64,000 bases of DNA from Giardia intestinalis (Eukaryota). The first letter of the stretch is position 1. Every line of letters starts with the position of its first letter. A model generated the notes under the pieces. That model was given only the letters and a program-made list of their open reading frames with translations. It searched no databases and was not told the DNA's origin. The DNA is taken from NCBI GenBank assembly GCA_000002435.2, contig CM018792.1. One strand, 5' to 3'. Positions 46,255 to 55,751 of this stretch are shown here, piece by piece. Made by a program: the position numbers and the translations under genes.

Positions 46255-47715
46255 TCACTTTTGCATGCACTCTAAATCTAATCGCAATTGGCTCAAGTAC
46301 GAGCAGCAGGCGAGCAAAAAGGTCAGGTCAAAGATTCCGCAACCGTTGGTCTGGATGGCAGAACGCACTTTTTCTGTGATAAAATACAATATATCTGTAA
46401 ATATACTTCCGCAACTAGCATAAAAACAGATTTCGGACATTAATGGGGTCTTCCCCGTGATGTTTGGCTGTATGAACACACTCAGAGCAAATGGGCCCGG
46501 GACCGTCTTGCGCTGTTGTCTGTCAATGTTAGGGACTAAGAACTGGAAGACCTTCTCCAAATCACTGCGCCACCTGTCCGCGGTGTCAGAGATGCAGAAG
46601 GCATGGTGTGAGATGATCGCATACGAGCCGCCGGACAACGCCTTCACCGAACTGACGACCTCACGTGCCACATTAAGAGCTGTCTTATGAGCAGAGTAAC
46701 TTACATGCAGGGTGCCCATGGCACACGTCTGGCCAGTTACAGAGAAGGCGGAGCCGGTGGACATGTGTAGACAAAGATGTGCAAGATTGTCCCGATTTAA
46801 CAGGCTGAGAATAATGAATATTACATCAACGCAATATCCATATGCATGTAAGTCATCGAACGAGGAAATAGCTATTCTATCGGATGTCTGGGGAATGATG
46901 TTGTGGTACATGTTCTTGGCCTCAGCCTCAGGTGCGCCGTCGCCTTCAGACTTATCACTCATGTCAGTGCCTCTGACCTTATTCTTTTCTGAAGACGTCA
47001 GACTGAGGCCCATGAACCTCATGAAGGCTAGCTTATCTTTGAAGCACTCTCCAACGTCTGTCGGCACATGATGAGGTACAAAGAGAACAGAGGCAGCCCG
47101 GCGTAGAGCCACAGACATGATGATAGCGTAGTTACAAAGTTCAAGTGTGGGTATCATGGACCAATTCTTGTTGACCAGCAGGACATGGACATGCGCCAGG
47201 CTATTCAAGATACTGAGCATGGGGCTGAGGCACCCTGAGATTGAGTCGCTTGGGTCGCAGACAACCATGAGCTCCTGGGCAGTGGGGGTACTCTTGCGCA
47301 TGTAGTGGATGCATGTGTAAACTATTGCCTTGGAAAGTAAATCTGAGCGCCGAACCTCCAAAATTCCGCGAGTAGGAAACTCTCCACTATTGAAAAAGAT
47401 GTCTTTTCCAGACATTCTACCGGCATCGTCAAAGTTGTGGTTTGACAGAAAGTCCTCTGCTGTAATGGATAGACAGTATTCCTTTGTAGTGATGTACACA
47501 CACCCAAGTGACGCTGATTGTTTTGCGTGGTGGGTATAGTGCGACTTAAGAAATGCCGAGCGGATCAGTTGAGGCCTATGGTCTGCGAAGACGAAGTCAA
47601 TGTTGCCGGCGGTAAGCACTCGTTTGAACACATCTTTCTCACCATTTGTCACTAGCATCCTTGTCATCATGGTCCCGCTGTATATCGCTTCCTGACCAAG
47701 CCACACAATAAGCAT
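46255..47715 (-). CDS. Hypothetical protein (486 aa)
   Basis: The ORF-track start at 47745 is TTG. The first ATG is at 47715 (MLIVWLGQEAIYSG), with agtaagaattttattttg upstream. It converges on the 1702-aa gene with only a 2-nt gap between the two stop codons. Confidence 0.65.
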   Translation of the reverse strand: MLIVWLGQEAIYSGTMMTRMLVTNGEKDVFKRVLTAGNIDFVFADHRPQLIRSAFLKSHYTHHAKQSASLGCVYITTKEYCLSITAEDFLSNHNFDDAGRMSGKDIFFNSGEFPTRGILEVRRSDLLSKAIVYTCIHYMRKSTPTAQELMVVCDPSDSISGCLSPMLSILNSLAHVHVLLVNKNWSMIPTLELCNYAIIMSVALRRAASVLFVPHHVPTDVGECFKDKLAFMRFMGLSLTSSEKNKVRGTDMSDKSEGDGAPEAEAKNMYHNIIPQTSDRIAISSFDDLHAYGYCVDVIFIILSLLNRDNLAHLCLHMSTGSAFSVTGQTCAMGTLHVSYSAHKTALNVAREVVSSVKALSGGSYAIISHHAFCISDTADRWRSDLEKVFQFLVPNIDRQQRKTVPGPFALSVFIQPNITGKTPLMSEICFYASCGSIFTDILYFITEKVRSAIQTNGCGIFDLTFLLACCSYLSQLRLDLECMQK

Positions 47716-47786
47716 CGCGGAAGCACAGGAAAGCGCAGAAGACAAAATAAAATTCTTACTAACCGCACAACCTCACGCGCCACCTC

Positions 47787-48698
47787 ATGCTGTGCAAGTC
47801 CGTCTACGACAAGTTCCGCTATGTAAACTGGCCCGGGCCACTGATGAAGTATACAATACAGCGAAAGACGGTTTTGATCCCTCCAGAGGTCTGCAAAGAG
47901 ATTGTTTCCGATGACATGGCCATGACCAGTGTCAATGCCCCTGCGCTGCATAAGTTCTGCGAAAGCCTTGATCTTGTTAATGGGAAGTTCCTTAAGGTGG
48001 ACTGGGCAGCCCCCACTGACTGTTCCCAGATTGTGGAGACTCTAATGTGCATTGTCCCCAGCAACGCCTTTATCCTGCTGAAGATGTCTGAAAAGATACG
48101 CAATGCGCTCCTAAACTTCCACAACGAAGAGATTCCTGGCAAGTTTGATCCCAGTATTCCGCACTATCTCTATGTTATGCCATATGAGCGTCTTCACAAG
48201 ATCTTCGAGTACCGCATATTCATCAAGGATCTGCGTATTGTCCTCATCGCTCCGCGTTATCAGTGCATGATCACCGACGTGACTACAGACATCGTCCGCT
48301 TTGTCAAGGTCTTCCTCCTCGAGCACATCACTCAGCACATGGGTGTCACGGACCTCATAATCGATCTCTACTGTGATGTAGATGAAGACATATGTTCTTC
48401 TATTCTTCTCTTAGACATGCAACCCCTGCCGACAGCAGAGTCCGCCTTCGAAGACCTTTGTGTGCTGGGAGCCGCTGTTTTGAAGGAGAGATTGAAGCCT
48501 GACGCAATTCTAGACCCCCTGTTTGTCAATCCTACTGTTGAAAGGATATCTGCAGTGGGGCGAGCCACCACGAACAACACTTACCCCTCCGAGCTTACAT
48601 CTGGGATGATCTCTGGCACCCACACGGAAATCATAGAGCTTGTCCGACAGGCCACTCGCAAGACAGAGATCCCCGAGCTGGTCAGTCTCAGGCTCTAG
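47787..48698 (+). CDS. CDC123: CDC123 / D123 family (ATP-grasp-like eIF2 assembly factor)
   Basis: Aligns by eye with human CDC123. KFRYVNWPGPLMKYTIQRKTVLIPPEV ~ CQFSAWYPFFRGVTIKSVILPLPQNV. GKFLKVDWAAPTDCSQIV ~ VFPKLNWSAPRDAYWIA. DLIIDLYCDVDEDICSSILLLDMQPL ~ DFVFDIYRDSRGKVWLIDFNPF. Confidence 0.7.
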   Translation: MLCKSVYDKFRYVNWPGPLMKYTIQRKTVLIPPEVCKEIVSDDMAMTSVNAPALHKFCESLDLVNGKFLKVDWAAPTDCSQIVETLMCIVPSNAFILLKMSEKIRNALLNFHNEEIPGKFDPSIPHYLYVMPYERLHKIFEYRIFIKDLRIVLIAPRYQCMITDVTTDIVRFVKVFLLEHITQHMGVTDLIIDLYCDVDEDICSSILLLDMQPLPTAESAFEDLCVLGAAVLKERLKPDAILDPLFVNPTVERISAVGRATTNNTYPSELTSGMISGTHTEIIELVRQATRKTEIPELVSLRL

Positions 48699-48786
48699 GG
48701 CAGCCTGTTTGGTATGCTTGACTCTTTCAATTGCAGGTTAGTAAATTTGAAAGCGGGAAAAGAAGACCAAGTCTTGTCTTCAGCGC

Positions 48787-51150
48787 ATGCGTCCAGGCAG
48801 CAGCTCATACCAAGAGCGCCTTCAACGCCTCCCTCTTGTTGAGGATGCATTCCTGGGAGACGTGCGTACGCGGTACTCAACTGCCGGCCCTTGGCGGTTA
48901 GGAGGCCAGTGCTCTGCTGTACCTACAACCCTTCCACCCTGCATAGCAGATATCCATATAAAGCGGCAGCAAGCGGAGCACATTCGGCCTGCTTCTGTCT
49001 ATTTGGAGATGGATTATTCACCAGGGATTGTTTCCGATAGCTCTTTGCTATTCCCAACTGATCAGGATGACAAGAAACACCTAAGAATGTTCCATGGCAG
49101 CTTCTCTTTGCATCTCCCCAAAGCCTCTTCATATCCCTTGGGACTCTCATTTCTTAAATCGATCACTGGCAAGTCATGTCGACAACGTTACTTAAAATTG
49201 TTAGACTTATTATCAACAGATGCACTGCACGTAACAAAAGCCTTAGTTAGCCACACTTCAAGTGTAAGCCCTTCGGCTGCCCTAGATCCACCTCAAAGCA
49301 CCCAACTGGTATTATCAACGCACCGAGCTATTCTACGACCTATAGTATGTCGCGAACTTCTGACAGACGTAGTTCGTCTACTAACATGTAGTGCACCAGA
49401 CGTGGTGACACTATCAAGTTTAGAGCGCTCAGCTCGTTGGTTCCTTACAGCTGCCCCTCACTCTATCTGGTTTTCAGACCGTAATGGACTAAGCACTGGC
49501 GTACACATATGTCGTGAGGCCATCAAGTGTAAGAGTACATGTTCGCCACCTGTCAGCTTTCTCTGCAGTTACTTTAAAGCCTCCAATCTTCCTTTAGACA
49601 CTAGTGTTGAGAAAATATCTTCACCAACAATAAGCACTGGCCACCTGAGGCTTGGTCTGGAGCTCTACCTCCTGCTATATAGGTACTACCTGATCAGAAA
49701 GACCCTATTCTTCGCATCTGCGCATTCGCTGAATACAGAGCTGCAGTCGCTTGCAGTACGAACAAATGCACGAGAGATATACTCTCAGCTAGCCAACGTC
49801 TCCACCGACATTCAAGCTTTGTGGACACAGAAGACTACTCTTCAGAACTTTCGGGAATCTCTTCCAGTGAGTGCCACAAGAATGAATCAGCGCATTCAGC
49901 TTCTAAAAATGGCACTAAATGATGCTAGTATGAAGATTCTGAGGCATCAAAAGAAGCATGGTCAAAGCAAAGAATACTGGAGAACCAAGAGCGCTGAGCT
50001 GGAGCAGAGCGCTATGCGCCAACGGAAGGTGCAGCAAGACCTTCAAGACCAAATACAGAGGCTTGAGCAACGCGTTAAGTCATCAACTTTGGCAAAGACG
50101 CGAGTCTCGAGAGGAGCCGAGAAGATCCAATCAAGCGTGGACAAATTGAACAATAAAATGGCCGCAAAAAAGGGAGAACTGGAAGGATTGAACAAACAGA
50201 TTAAGGAACTAAATCAAACGCTCACTGATAAAGAGTGGCAGATCACCACAGCCCAATCTGTACGCAAACGAGAATTGGAAGCCAATTCCTTGGCACTACA
50301 CACAGAACTTAACAGACTCGATGTACTATTAAGTGCATCGTTCTTTGAAAACAAGCCTGCTAACCTTCACTCAATTATAGCCAACATGCAATTATACATC
50401 TCTCGAATAACCAAAACAAAGGACATAAATCTCACACTTCCGGAGCTAGGCGCGCTTGAGGAGCAGATCCTTGCAATACACAAGACTGGGTTTATCCAGC
50501 TGCTATCAGACAGTATATCTGCTATGCAACGAATCAACTATAAGTTTCCTCCCAAGTTTCTAGGCCTTATGGCTGCAACATGCATTTCACTGCAACAGAG
50601 AACCGCCCTTCTAAAGGAGCTATGCGCATTTTTGGGCAAAGCGCAACCGCACCTCATGGCATGTTGCACGGCGGTCTCTGCAGCACGTACGAGCAAGCCA
50701 TCCGCCCCGCTATCGTCCAATCCAGATGTTAGTGTTATCATAACATCAACCAGCATTCAGCCAAAGCTCTGCTTTCAGCACCATTCGGATGATGCGACAA
50801 CATCTAGCTTCTGTGGTAATAGCGAGGAGGACACAGGGCCCCAAGGAAGCAGCTCTACCAAGGAAGCTTCAGAAGGTGCCTCTCAAGCAAAGGAACCAGA
50901 GCTTTGCAGCTTGCTTGGGTCACCTATTCCGTGGAATCTCTTGCACTACAGGTATTCTACCTCACTGACACTGGAGCAAAACATCTTGCAGTACCTACGA
51001 CAAACCTGTGCCCTCAACCCTTGCATCGCAAGATCCCATCACTACAAGCAGACGCTGAAGCCTTCGCTTGCTGACGAGAGCATAAACAAAAAGTCTGATG
51101 AATGCTGCGAGAAATCCAGCACTCCGCACCCTAGTACCCCTGTGGAATGA
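48787..51150 (+). CDS. Hypothetical protein (787 aa) with central coiled coil
   Basis: Non-repetitive ORF. Coiled-coil block: QRKVQQDLQDQIQRLEQRVKSS..KKGELEGLNKQIKELNQTL. The ATG is at 48787. Downstream in-frame Met alternatives exist. Confidence 0.6.
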   Translation: MRPGSSSYQERLQRLPLVEDAFLGDVRTRYSTAGPWRLGGQCSAVPTTLPPCIADIHIKRQQAEHIRPASVYLEMDYSPGIVSDSSLLFPTDQDDKKHLRMFHGSFSLHLPKASSYPLGLSFLKSITGKSCRQRYLKLLDLLSTDALHVTKALVSHTSSVSPSAALDPPQSTQLVLSTHRAILRPIVCRELLTDVVRLLTCSAPDVVTLSSLERSARWFLTAAPHSIWFSDRNGLSTGVHICREAIKCKSTCSPPVSFLCSYFKASNLPLDTSVEKISSPTISTGHLRLGLELYLLLYRYYLIRKTLFFASAHSLNTELQSLAVRTNAREIYSQLANVSTDIQALWTQKTTLQNFRESLPVSATRMNQRIQLLKMALNDASMKILRHQKKHGQSKEYWRTKSAELEQSAMRQRKVQQDLQDQIQRLEQRVKSSTLAKTRVSRGAEKIQSSVDKLNNKMAAKKGELEGLNKQIKELNQTLTDKEWQITTAQSVRKRELEANSLALHTELNRLDVLLSASFFENKPANLHSIIANMQLYISRITKTKDINLTLPELGALEEQILAIHKTGFIQLLSDSISAMQRINYKFPPKFLGLMAATCISLQQRTALLKELCAFLGKAQPHLMACCTAVSAARTSKPSAPLSSNPDVSVIITSTSIQPKLCFQHHSDDATTSSFCGNSEEDTGPQGSSSTKEASEGASQAKEPELCSLLGSPIPWNLLHYRYSTSLTLEQNILQYLRQTCALNPCIARSHHYKQTLKPSLADESINKKSDECCEKSSTPHPSTPVE

Positions 51151-52084
51151 ACTATTTGTTAGCGATCTGGAGCGTGAACATATCCTCAATGCGTTGAGAA
51201 CACACAGTTACGCTTTACCGACCTATATTGAGGGACTTGAAACTCTTGTTAAGCTCAAGCACGAGTACATATCCGTCTCCAACAAGCATAGGCTACTCTA
51301 TGAGTATCTCTCCACCACTTCTTGTAGCCCCCAGAGCTCATCTAACACTCTCTTAGCTATTGCGCAATTTCGCTACTACACTCTAGCCACTATCTCCCTT
51401 ACCGCGGCAGCACGCTCGATAATAGGCCTCCCCGTGACTCTACCCTCCTTTAAAATCCTACCAATGGACGCTGGCAACTGGCTGACCCTGATTAGATCCA
51501 TGTATGTGTTCACTCTAGACAGAACAGCGTCCTGTTTGAGTATGATAGAAGTTCCAGAACAGAAAACGGCAGAAGTAGCAGAGAACGCCTTCTCGAATGC
51601 CAAAAATCGGCTCCTGAACTGGATTGTTGATCTATTGGATCCACAGAATCGGTCCGAAGGGAGCACTAAATTGCGCCGTCAGATGGAGGCCTTCTTTCCG
51701 GATGGATCGTTCCTGCCTAAGATGCTATTTGACCCAGATGTGTCATTCCTTGGCCCGTCGCTTTTCATCGACATCAATTTCCGCATGCTGTTGGGGATAT
51801 CCTTCGACGATAAGCCACATCCTGACGATGCCATTGTAAAGCTGAGGCGCTACATAAATGGGCAGCGCCTGAACGACGCTTATTACTGCGGAATCTCCGC
51901 TAAAATCATGACTCCTGAAGAGGCGTTCAACTATGCTATTGGAGAAGAACAGCGGGTACAAGCAGCACACGCAATGATAGAGCAAGCAGCTCTCTACAAG
52001 CAATCCCCCGTATTATTGCCAATTCAGCGTGACTCCAAGAGACGAGAAACATACAGTATATCGACCAACAAAACGGTCAAATAG
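51098..52084 (+). CDS. Hypothetical protein (328 aa)
   Basis: The first ATG overlaps the last 53 nt of the upstream gene in another frame. The sequence is protein-like and non-repetitive from M1. An alternative start at Met123 (MDAGNWLTL) would remove the overlap. Confidence 0.5.
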   Translation: MNAARNPALRTLVPLWNELFVSDLEREHILNALRTHSYALPTYIEGLETLVKLKHEYISVSNKHRLLYEYLSTTSCSPQSSSNTLLAIAQFRYYTLATISLTAAARSIIGLPVTLPSFKILPMDAGNWLTLIRSMYVFTLDRTASCLSMIEVPEQKTAEVAENAFSNAKNRLLNWIVDLLDPQNRSEGSTKLRRQMEAFFPDGSFLPKMLFDPDVSFLGPSLFIDINFRMLLGISFDDKPHPDDAIVKLRRYINGQRLNDAYYCGISAKIMTPEEAFNYAIGEEQRVQAAHAMIEQAALYKQSPVLLPIQRDSKRRETYSISTNKTVK

Positions 52085-52094
52085 AAACATGGCC

Positions 52095-52574
52095 CTAAGG
52101 AGTTGCCCTCTTGGAGCTTTTAAACTGCACATAGAGCCTTTTCATGGCTGCATATTCGCGTGCTATCAGAGATGCAGAGTAGCTTGGAAAGTAGCGTCTC
52201 TGCAAGTATTGAGCTATGGCGACAAGCGTGTTCCTAGGTGGCTTGGGGGCCTGAGAAGTGGACATGTTCTCATTGTGGAACGATTCCGTGAGGGCCTCCT
52301 GCTCGAATGCTTCAGACTCTATGAGACGGCAAAGAAGCTCTCTGTCCTCTTCAGTAAACTCGCGGCGATCGAACAATGTATCAAGAATAAGCTGCATCTG
52401 CGCTTTGCACACGTTTTCTGGTGTGCCAAGCTTGGCGGCAATCTCGGGCCAAGACACCTGTAAGCTATCAACAAAGCGGTGTAGTGAGCCTCCAGAGAGT
52501 AGTATGCGTTCTATGAGTGCGTAAAGATTTGGGGAGATCTGTGGTCTTTGTAAGGATGCTTGAGAGCTATGCAT
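52095..52574 (-). CDS. Small protein (159 aa) with a Myb/SANT-like half-repeat (W-x-EIA-x-L-G-x-P-x-N-x-x-K)
   Basis: SWPEIAAKLGTPENVCKAQMQ ~ c-Myb [22 protein letters not shown]. It has its own A/T-rich initiator (tctctttttaaaaataATG), 34 nt downstream of the stop of the Myb gene at 52609-53298. Confidence 0.45.
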   Translation of the reverse strand: MHSSQASLQRPQISPNLYALIERILLSGGSLHRFVDSLQVSWPEIAAKLGTPENVCKAQMQLILDTLFDRREFTEEDRELLCRLIESEAFEQEALTESFHNENMSTSQAPKPPRNTLVAIAQYLQRRYFPSYSASLIAREYAAMKRLYVQFKSSKRATP

Positions 52575-52608
52575 TATTTTTAAAAAGAGACAATAATCGA
52601 TATTTTCA

Positions 52609-53298
52609 TTAGAAGGTTTTGCACCAAGCTAAGTGGCCGAGGAACCTCCCTTCTCTGCGCTTTTTGCTGCCACTACATCGTCTTGCAGAATCCTTAGATG
52701 ATAGGGGAAAGGTCAGAATGTTCCTGTCCAGTGACCAAGGATTAAAAGGCTTTCGATTATGTTTAAACGCTTGTACGAGCCACAATTGACGACAAGAGTC
52801 AGCACCAATGTACTCAGCCAGGCGTCGACGCTTGTGAGATGCACGATAGAGACTCTCCTGAAGAAGCTCCCTATAGGGGGCGTACTCATCCAGGCGCCAA
52901 ACATCGGAGTTCTTGGACATCAGTGCACGCTGTAGGGATAAGAACTTACCCTTGACCTCAGCAGGAGTTCGCCCAGGAAAACATGTCGAGTACATGCTCC
53001 AGTTACGTCCGTGGTCCGCATACCACTTGAGCAGCTGAACGGTCTCATCAATGCTCCACAAGCAGCGTGACGTGCCGCTTTTGCCGGGGTGATTAATGTA
53101 CGTATATCGCTGGTAGCACTGTACTCGGTCTCTAGTGCCTACCCGCTTGGCAACCTCCCGCCAGTTAATCTTGCCAACAGTAGTTGCAGCCCTTTCCATG
53201 GATATAGCATCTACAAGCCTTTTCACTTCATCAGCGCTCCACGGGACTCGATGCCTTTTGTTTGTGCTTGAGATTCTGTAGAAGCTAATGGAGGACAT
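52609..53298 (-). CDS. Myb-like DNA-binding protein with two Myb/SANT repeats
   Basis: Repeat 1: RVPWSADEVKRLVDAI..INWREVAKRVGTRDRVQCYQRY. Repeat 2: RCLWSIDETVQLLKWYADHGRNWSMYSTCFPGRTPAEVKGKFLSL. The ORF-track start at 53517 is GTG and would overlap the upstream LRR gene by 175 nt. The first ATG is at 53298 (MSSISFYR). Confidence 0.65.
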   Translation of the reverse strand: MSSISFYRISSTNKRHRVPWSADEVKRLVDAISMERAATTVGKINWREVAKRVGTRDRVQCYQRYTYINHPGKSGTSRCLWSIDETVQLLKWYADHGRNWSMYSTCFPGRTPAEVKGKFLSLQRALMSKNSDVWRLDEYAPYRELLQESLYRASHKRRRLAEYIGADSCRQLWLVQAFKHNRKPFNPWSLDRNILTFPLSSKDSARRCSGSKKRREGRFLGHLAWCKTF

Positions 53299-53342
53299 AT
53301 AAGATGTAAGCCAGAACGAAGCTGAGAAGGGGAGAATGACCT

Positions 53343-54215
53343 TTAAGAATGATCCGCCTTTGTACTCTGAATAGGTGTTTGGGTTGTAAGAGATGAAACG
53401 ATGATCTGATTGACTCGCATGTGGGGGTTCACTGCAGCAAGAGCCTTCCTCAAGTAGGCCACAACCTCCTCGCGTTCCATGCACGGATTGCCGGCTAGGC
53501 CCAACTGATGGAGCCACTTGGTCCTGGTGAGAGCAGAAAGATCCCTAATCATTACAAGCCGGTTGTGACCGAGCTCCAACTGGCGAAGCTTTGGAAGGCA
53601 GATCCAGCTATCAGAAATGCTAGATATTTTGTTGTGGGACAGCCGAACCTCTCTGATGCTGGCGGACAGGATCTGGGGGCAAGCAGTTAACTCGCATTCG
53701 GAGAAGTTAACCTTTCGCAATGATGGAAAGTCAGAGAATTTGTCCTTGATGGACTCATTTGTTAGCGGGTTTTTGGACAGAATGAGCGTGTTAAGATTGT
53801 ATGTAATTTTTATCGCCCGCGGTCCTTTGGGGATGCTTTCTAAGAGAGGGGGCACTTCTGTGATGTTATTATCGCTTAGAATAAGGGCCTTGAGCCCTGG
53901 TTTCAGAAGAGAAAACGGGATTTTGGACAGCTTGCAGCCGGAAACATTAAGAACAATGAGCTTATACTGCGAAAACTCCCGTAGTTGCTCCTCATCTATC
54001 TGGCAATCGACGATCTTCAGCATAGTCACTGATGGGAAGATCATGGGGATAAACGTAACATCTTCAATGGAGCAGGTGAGAAACGAGAGATTTGTGACCG
54101 CCTCCCACTTGGTTCTGGTATCGATAGATTTTATCACCAGGTCAGAAAAGCTAGCCTTTGATGATGATGTGCAACTCGCAATCAGTACGTCGTCAAAAGC
54201 CACAGTCTGAGGCAT
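53343..54215 (-). CDS. Leucine-rich-repeat protein with C-terminal LRRcap (Sds22 / dynein-LC1 / U2A'-like architecture)
   Basis: LRRs: LNVSGCKLSKIP, LKALILSDNNITEVP, LNTLILSKNPLTN, LRKVNFSECELTACP, IREVRLSHNKISSI, LRQLELGHNRLVMI. Cap: LAGNPCMEREEVVAYLRKALAAVNPHMRV. Confidence 0.7.
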   Translation of the reverse strand: MPQTVAFDDVLIASCTSSSKASFSDLVIKSIDTRTKWEAVTNLSFLTCSIEDVTFIPMIFPSVTMLKIVDCQIDEEQLREFSQYKLIVLNVSGCKLSKIPFSLLKPGLKALILSDNNITEVPPLLESIPKGPRAIKITYNLNTLILSKNPLTNESIKDKFSDFPSLRKVNFSECELTACPQILSASIREVRLSHNKISSISDSWICLPKLRQLELGHNRLVMIRDLSALTRTKWLHQLGLAGNPCMEREEVVAYLRKALAAVNPHMRVNQIIVSSLTTQTPIQSTKADHS

Positions 54216-54310
54216 CTACGAAAAATGAATGCAAAATGCAATTTTCTATTTCTTTTATGGTGACACGGTCTCTAAAAATGTGTCGACAATCTGAACTATA
54301 GAAATTCCGG
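54216..54310. promoter_or_regulatory. 95-nt A/T-rich divergent promoter region (LRR gene / hypothetical gene)
   Basis: acgaaaaatgaatgcaaaatgcaattttctatttcttttatgg...ctatagaaattccgg lies between CAT 54213-54215 and ATG 54311. Confidence 0.4.
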
Positions 54311-54817
54311 ATGGCTATGGAGCTCCACGTCCCGGTGCCGTTTGATCTCGACGAGGAGGTGGTGTTCTTGGAGCAGGACGGTAACATGCGCCACGTAGCA
54401 GCCCGTCAAATCTTGCTCGGCAAGGAAAATGCCCACACAGAATGGATATGCAAAAACTTCTCCTGTAGATGCCGACTGGTCGACACAACGTCCCAGGCTT
54501 GGCCATCTGCTTCACGCGGAGAGAGTACCTTCAACTCTGACGCCTCTAGGCAGCCGGGTTTCGTTCTAGACCGCGGCACAGAGGCAAACCTCCAAAACGC
54601 GAGGACCGCTGTTAACGCACTTATCGATGCGGCGATGGAACTCATCGATACTCTGCAAGCCACGGAAAATAGGGTTCTTGAGCTCACTAACGATGTCAGC
54701 TTCATTCGCTGGTACGAGGCAGAGCGCGATCCCGAGTCTCAGGAGTCACGTAAAGCGATCGTTGCTCAAATATACGATACCTTAATCGATGAGAAAGAGA
54801 CGCAGGAGGACCCGTAG
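54311..54817 (+). CDS. Hypothetical acidic protein (168 aa)
   Basis: It is divergent from the LRR gene across a 95-nt A/T-rich spacer. The sequence is non-repetitive. No domain is recognised. Confidence 0.5.
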   Translation: MAMELHVPVPFDLDEEVVFLEQDGNMRHVAARQILLGKENAHTEWICKNFSCRCRLVDTTSQAWPSASRGESTFNSDASRQPGFVLDRGTEANLQNARTAVNALIDAAMELIDTLQATENRVLELTNDVSFIRWYEAERDPESQESRKAIVAQIYDTLIDEKETQEDP

Positions 54818-55129
54818 AAGAGACGTGCGGGCTCAGAAGGTAAGTTTTCACCTGCCCACTCTTTGGTGTCTATCTATGCAAGTGAGCGTTGGTTGGGGCT
54901 GATGCGATTTGCCTGGTCACAAATTGCATTGATGCCTCGACCCACCTTTTTCTCTTGGTTCTAGGATTCTCAGAATTTCTCAGGAATTTGTCGTTGCCAC
55001 AAAAAACACAGCCGCGTGGTGGAGCACAAGCCCCTCTGTATGCCTCCTTGTCGTTAGTCTTTTGTCATTAGTCTTTGTACTCTAATTATTACGTACGTGA
55101 TATCCTATCATCTCAAACCAAAAAACAAC

Positions 55130-55633
55130 ATGTCTGAAGAAGTTGCCCCTGGACGCAGCCCCGATGCAAAGGGCTTCGTTCCCTTGCGCGCAATCGCACG
55201 CTTCATTAGAAAGATGTGCACGCGTCCCACGACGAGGCGTGCCACATCCGAACCCGACGTTGACCTCGAAAGCTTTTTGGAGCACATCAACGACCGTGCG
55301 GACCTTCCCAGGCCGTGCTTCACCTATGCCGTTGTGCTTCTGAAGCACCTTGCTGAGAGGTATGCCGGAAAAATCACTCCAAACAATATCATACGTGTCA
55401 CCTTTGCTTCTATTATCGTCGCGGCCGGGATGCTCCAGGACATAACCTACAACCTCGACGCTTGGGCTGACATCGGAAACAACTATTACTCGAAGACCCA
55501 ACTCTGCACCCTGCAAACCCAGTTTCTCCAGAGCCTGGGGTATGAGGTCCACGTCATGATTGACGAGTATGCGCGAATGAATAATGACATTCTCGTGTAT
55601 AATGATGAGATAGAGAGTGTTGAAACAAATTGA
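55130..55633 (+). CDS. Pho80/PCL-type (cyclin-U-like) cyclin, CDK5/Pho85-class partner
   Basis: The ORF-track start at 55097 is GTG. The ATG is in caaaccaaaaaacaacATG (MSEEVAPG). Cyclin box: FLEHINDRADLPRPCFTYAVVLLKHLAERYAG..IIRVTFASIIVAAGMLQDITYNLDAWADIGNNYYSKTQLCTLQTQFLQSLGYEV. The antisense 230-aa ORF is rejected. Confidence 0.7.
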   Translation: MSEEVAPGRSPDAKGFVPLRAIARFIRKMCTRPTTRRATSEPDVDLESFLEHINDRADLPRPCFTYAVVLLKHLAERYAGKITPNNIIRVTFASIIVAAGMLQDITYNLDAWADIGNNYYSKTQLCTLQTQFLQSLGYEVHVMIDEYARMNNDILVYNDEIESVETN

Positions 55634-55751
55634 CCGTGTCAGGAAGGTATGGCGCTTTCCATGACGATCCTTCTGCGTTTGCCTCGACGCGCGTCGGTAT
55701 TGCAGGCCTGGGCTAATGTCTAGTAAATAAATTATTACCTTGGAGTTTGCC

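Noticed and set aside
54840-55000. Possible spliceosomal intron (GTAAGT ... ACACAG)
   Set aside because: It lacks the Giardia GTATGT donor and CTRAC branch consensus. No flanking exon frames would be joined. No other intron signals are seen in the window.
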